From NCBI RefSeq assembly GCF_026571515.1, contig NW_026857065.1, positions 62,001 to 126,000 on the forward strand: a DNA stretch of 64,000 nt. The letters run 5' to 3'. The DNA is from Ruditapes philippinarum. Taxonomy: Eukaryota. Made by a program: the position numbers and the translations under genes. Positions 63,195 to 64,000 of the stretch are shown here, piece by piece. The notes beneath the pieces were generated by a model, which made no database searches, was not told where the DNA came from, and saw only the letters and a program-made list of their open reading frames with translations. The first letter of the stretch is position 1. Every line of letters begins with the position of its first letter.

Positions 63195-64000
63195 CAGTAA
63201 AGACTGTCTTAGCGACCCCCTGTATATAGCGACGTTCTGTCTTTAGTGACCATAGTTAGGTGCGCCGAACAGTATTTACTATATAAATGGTCTTTATGTA
63301 GCGACTCCCTGTCTAGTCCGTACAACGACCATGATTTATTCACCCGTTACGGTATTTGAGCCGTGAACAGCAACTTTTGCAAGGGGAGCAAGGCTTGGAC
63401 TAGGTGACGACTTTGGCGAAGAAGTTGCCTTCGGATCAGCGACTTTGCCAAAGAGATTTTGAAGGCGCCCGATTTCTATGATTTTTCGTCATACTTATTT
63501 ACGCCGCTAGGTCTGTTAATAATTTGTTTACCTCTCAATTACAACCAATTACAGTTAATCCGCTAATTAAGAACGCGTGTCAACATCAACAAAGTTTAAT
63601 ACACGCCGCAAGGCAAGAGTTCATAGTCATTACGTATTCATGCGATTGACGAATCAGAACGCGCGTTGTATCAACGGCAGTTTGCATTGACCAATCGGCG
63701 ACACGCTAATACACTGTGGCTGTTTGTTGACAATTACACAAAATGGCGACAGATTCAATCAATTTTCGCCGATAGAATGATTAAAGACACCTGCATATAC
63801 ATGATTACTGCGGTGTTTTGGCGAGTAAAGATAAACAATGCCAAACGTCTTAAAGGTGTGGTTATGTTTGAAACCTCGATTGTTGATTTTTTTCGGAGCA
63901 CTTATCTGTAGAAAATATGTGAAGATTTGTATCTTATGTTTTATTAATACATTGAACTCCGAAAAGTAACAGGCTGATTATACAAAATTAAATGTCTCTA
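63195..64000 (+). mobile_element. pogo/Tigger-like DNA element, left end only (continues beyond the window)
   Basis: TA|CAGTAAAGACTGTCTTAGCGACC with repeated TAGCGAC motifs; interrupts homology with A1 (~11074) and A2 (~44033) downstream sequence exactly at a TA. Confidence 0.75.

Overview
AT-rich eukaryotic genomic DNA with spliceosomal introns. The SINE and Helentron-type repeats suggest a bivalve mollusc (inference from recalled repeat families). The window is dominated by a tandem cluster of nine loci encoding divergent nicotinic-acetylcholine-receptor-like pentameric Cys-loop channel subunits, in five subtypes labelled A-E here. Order: D1(-, runs off the left edge), A1(+), B(-), C(+), E1(+), A2(+), E2(+), D2(-), A3(+). 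Eight loci show the same two-coding-exon layout: a 159-168 nt exon for signal peptide + ..YNKxLRP.., one phase-0 intron, then a ~1.0-1.2 kb exon for the rest; B has only the large exon. All fully visible copies keep four TM segments and the cation-type GER motif before M2, and all but E1 keep the C-x13-C Cys-loop. All have lost the canonical ACh-binding residues (loop A Tyr, loop B Trp, loop C Tyr-x-Cys-Cys). A1 and C are intact. A2 and A3 carry single 1-bp deletions, D2 has an in-frame TGA plus a frameshift, and E1/E2 are pseudogenes sharing a premature TAA. The cluster arose by multi-kb segmental duplications with deletions. Comparing duplicates exposes copy-specific insertions: an AcademH-like MITE, a solo LTR, V- and CORE-type SINEs, mariner/Tigger MITEs and Helentron-like elements. 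The best candidate for a new system is a birth-and-death family of non-cholinergic, possibly chemosensory, Cys-loop receptors analogous to cephalopod chemotactile receptors; that function is inference.
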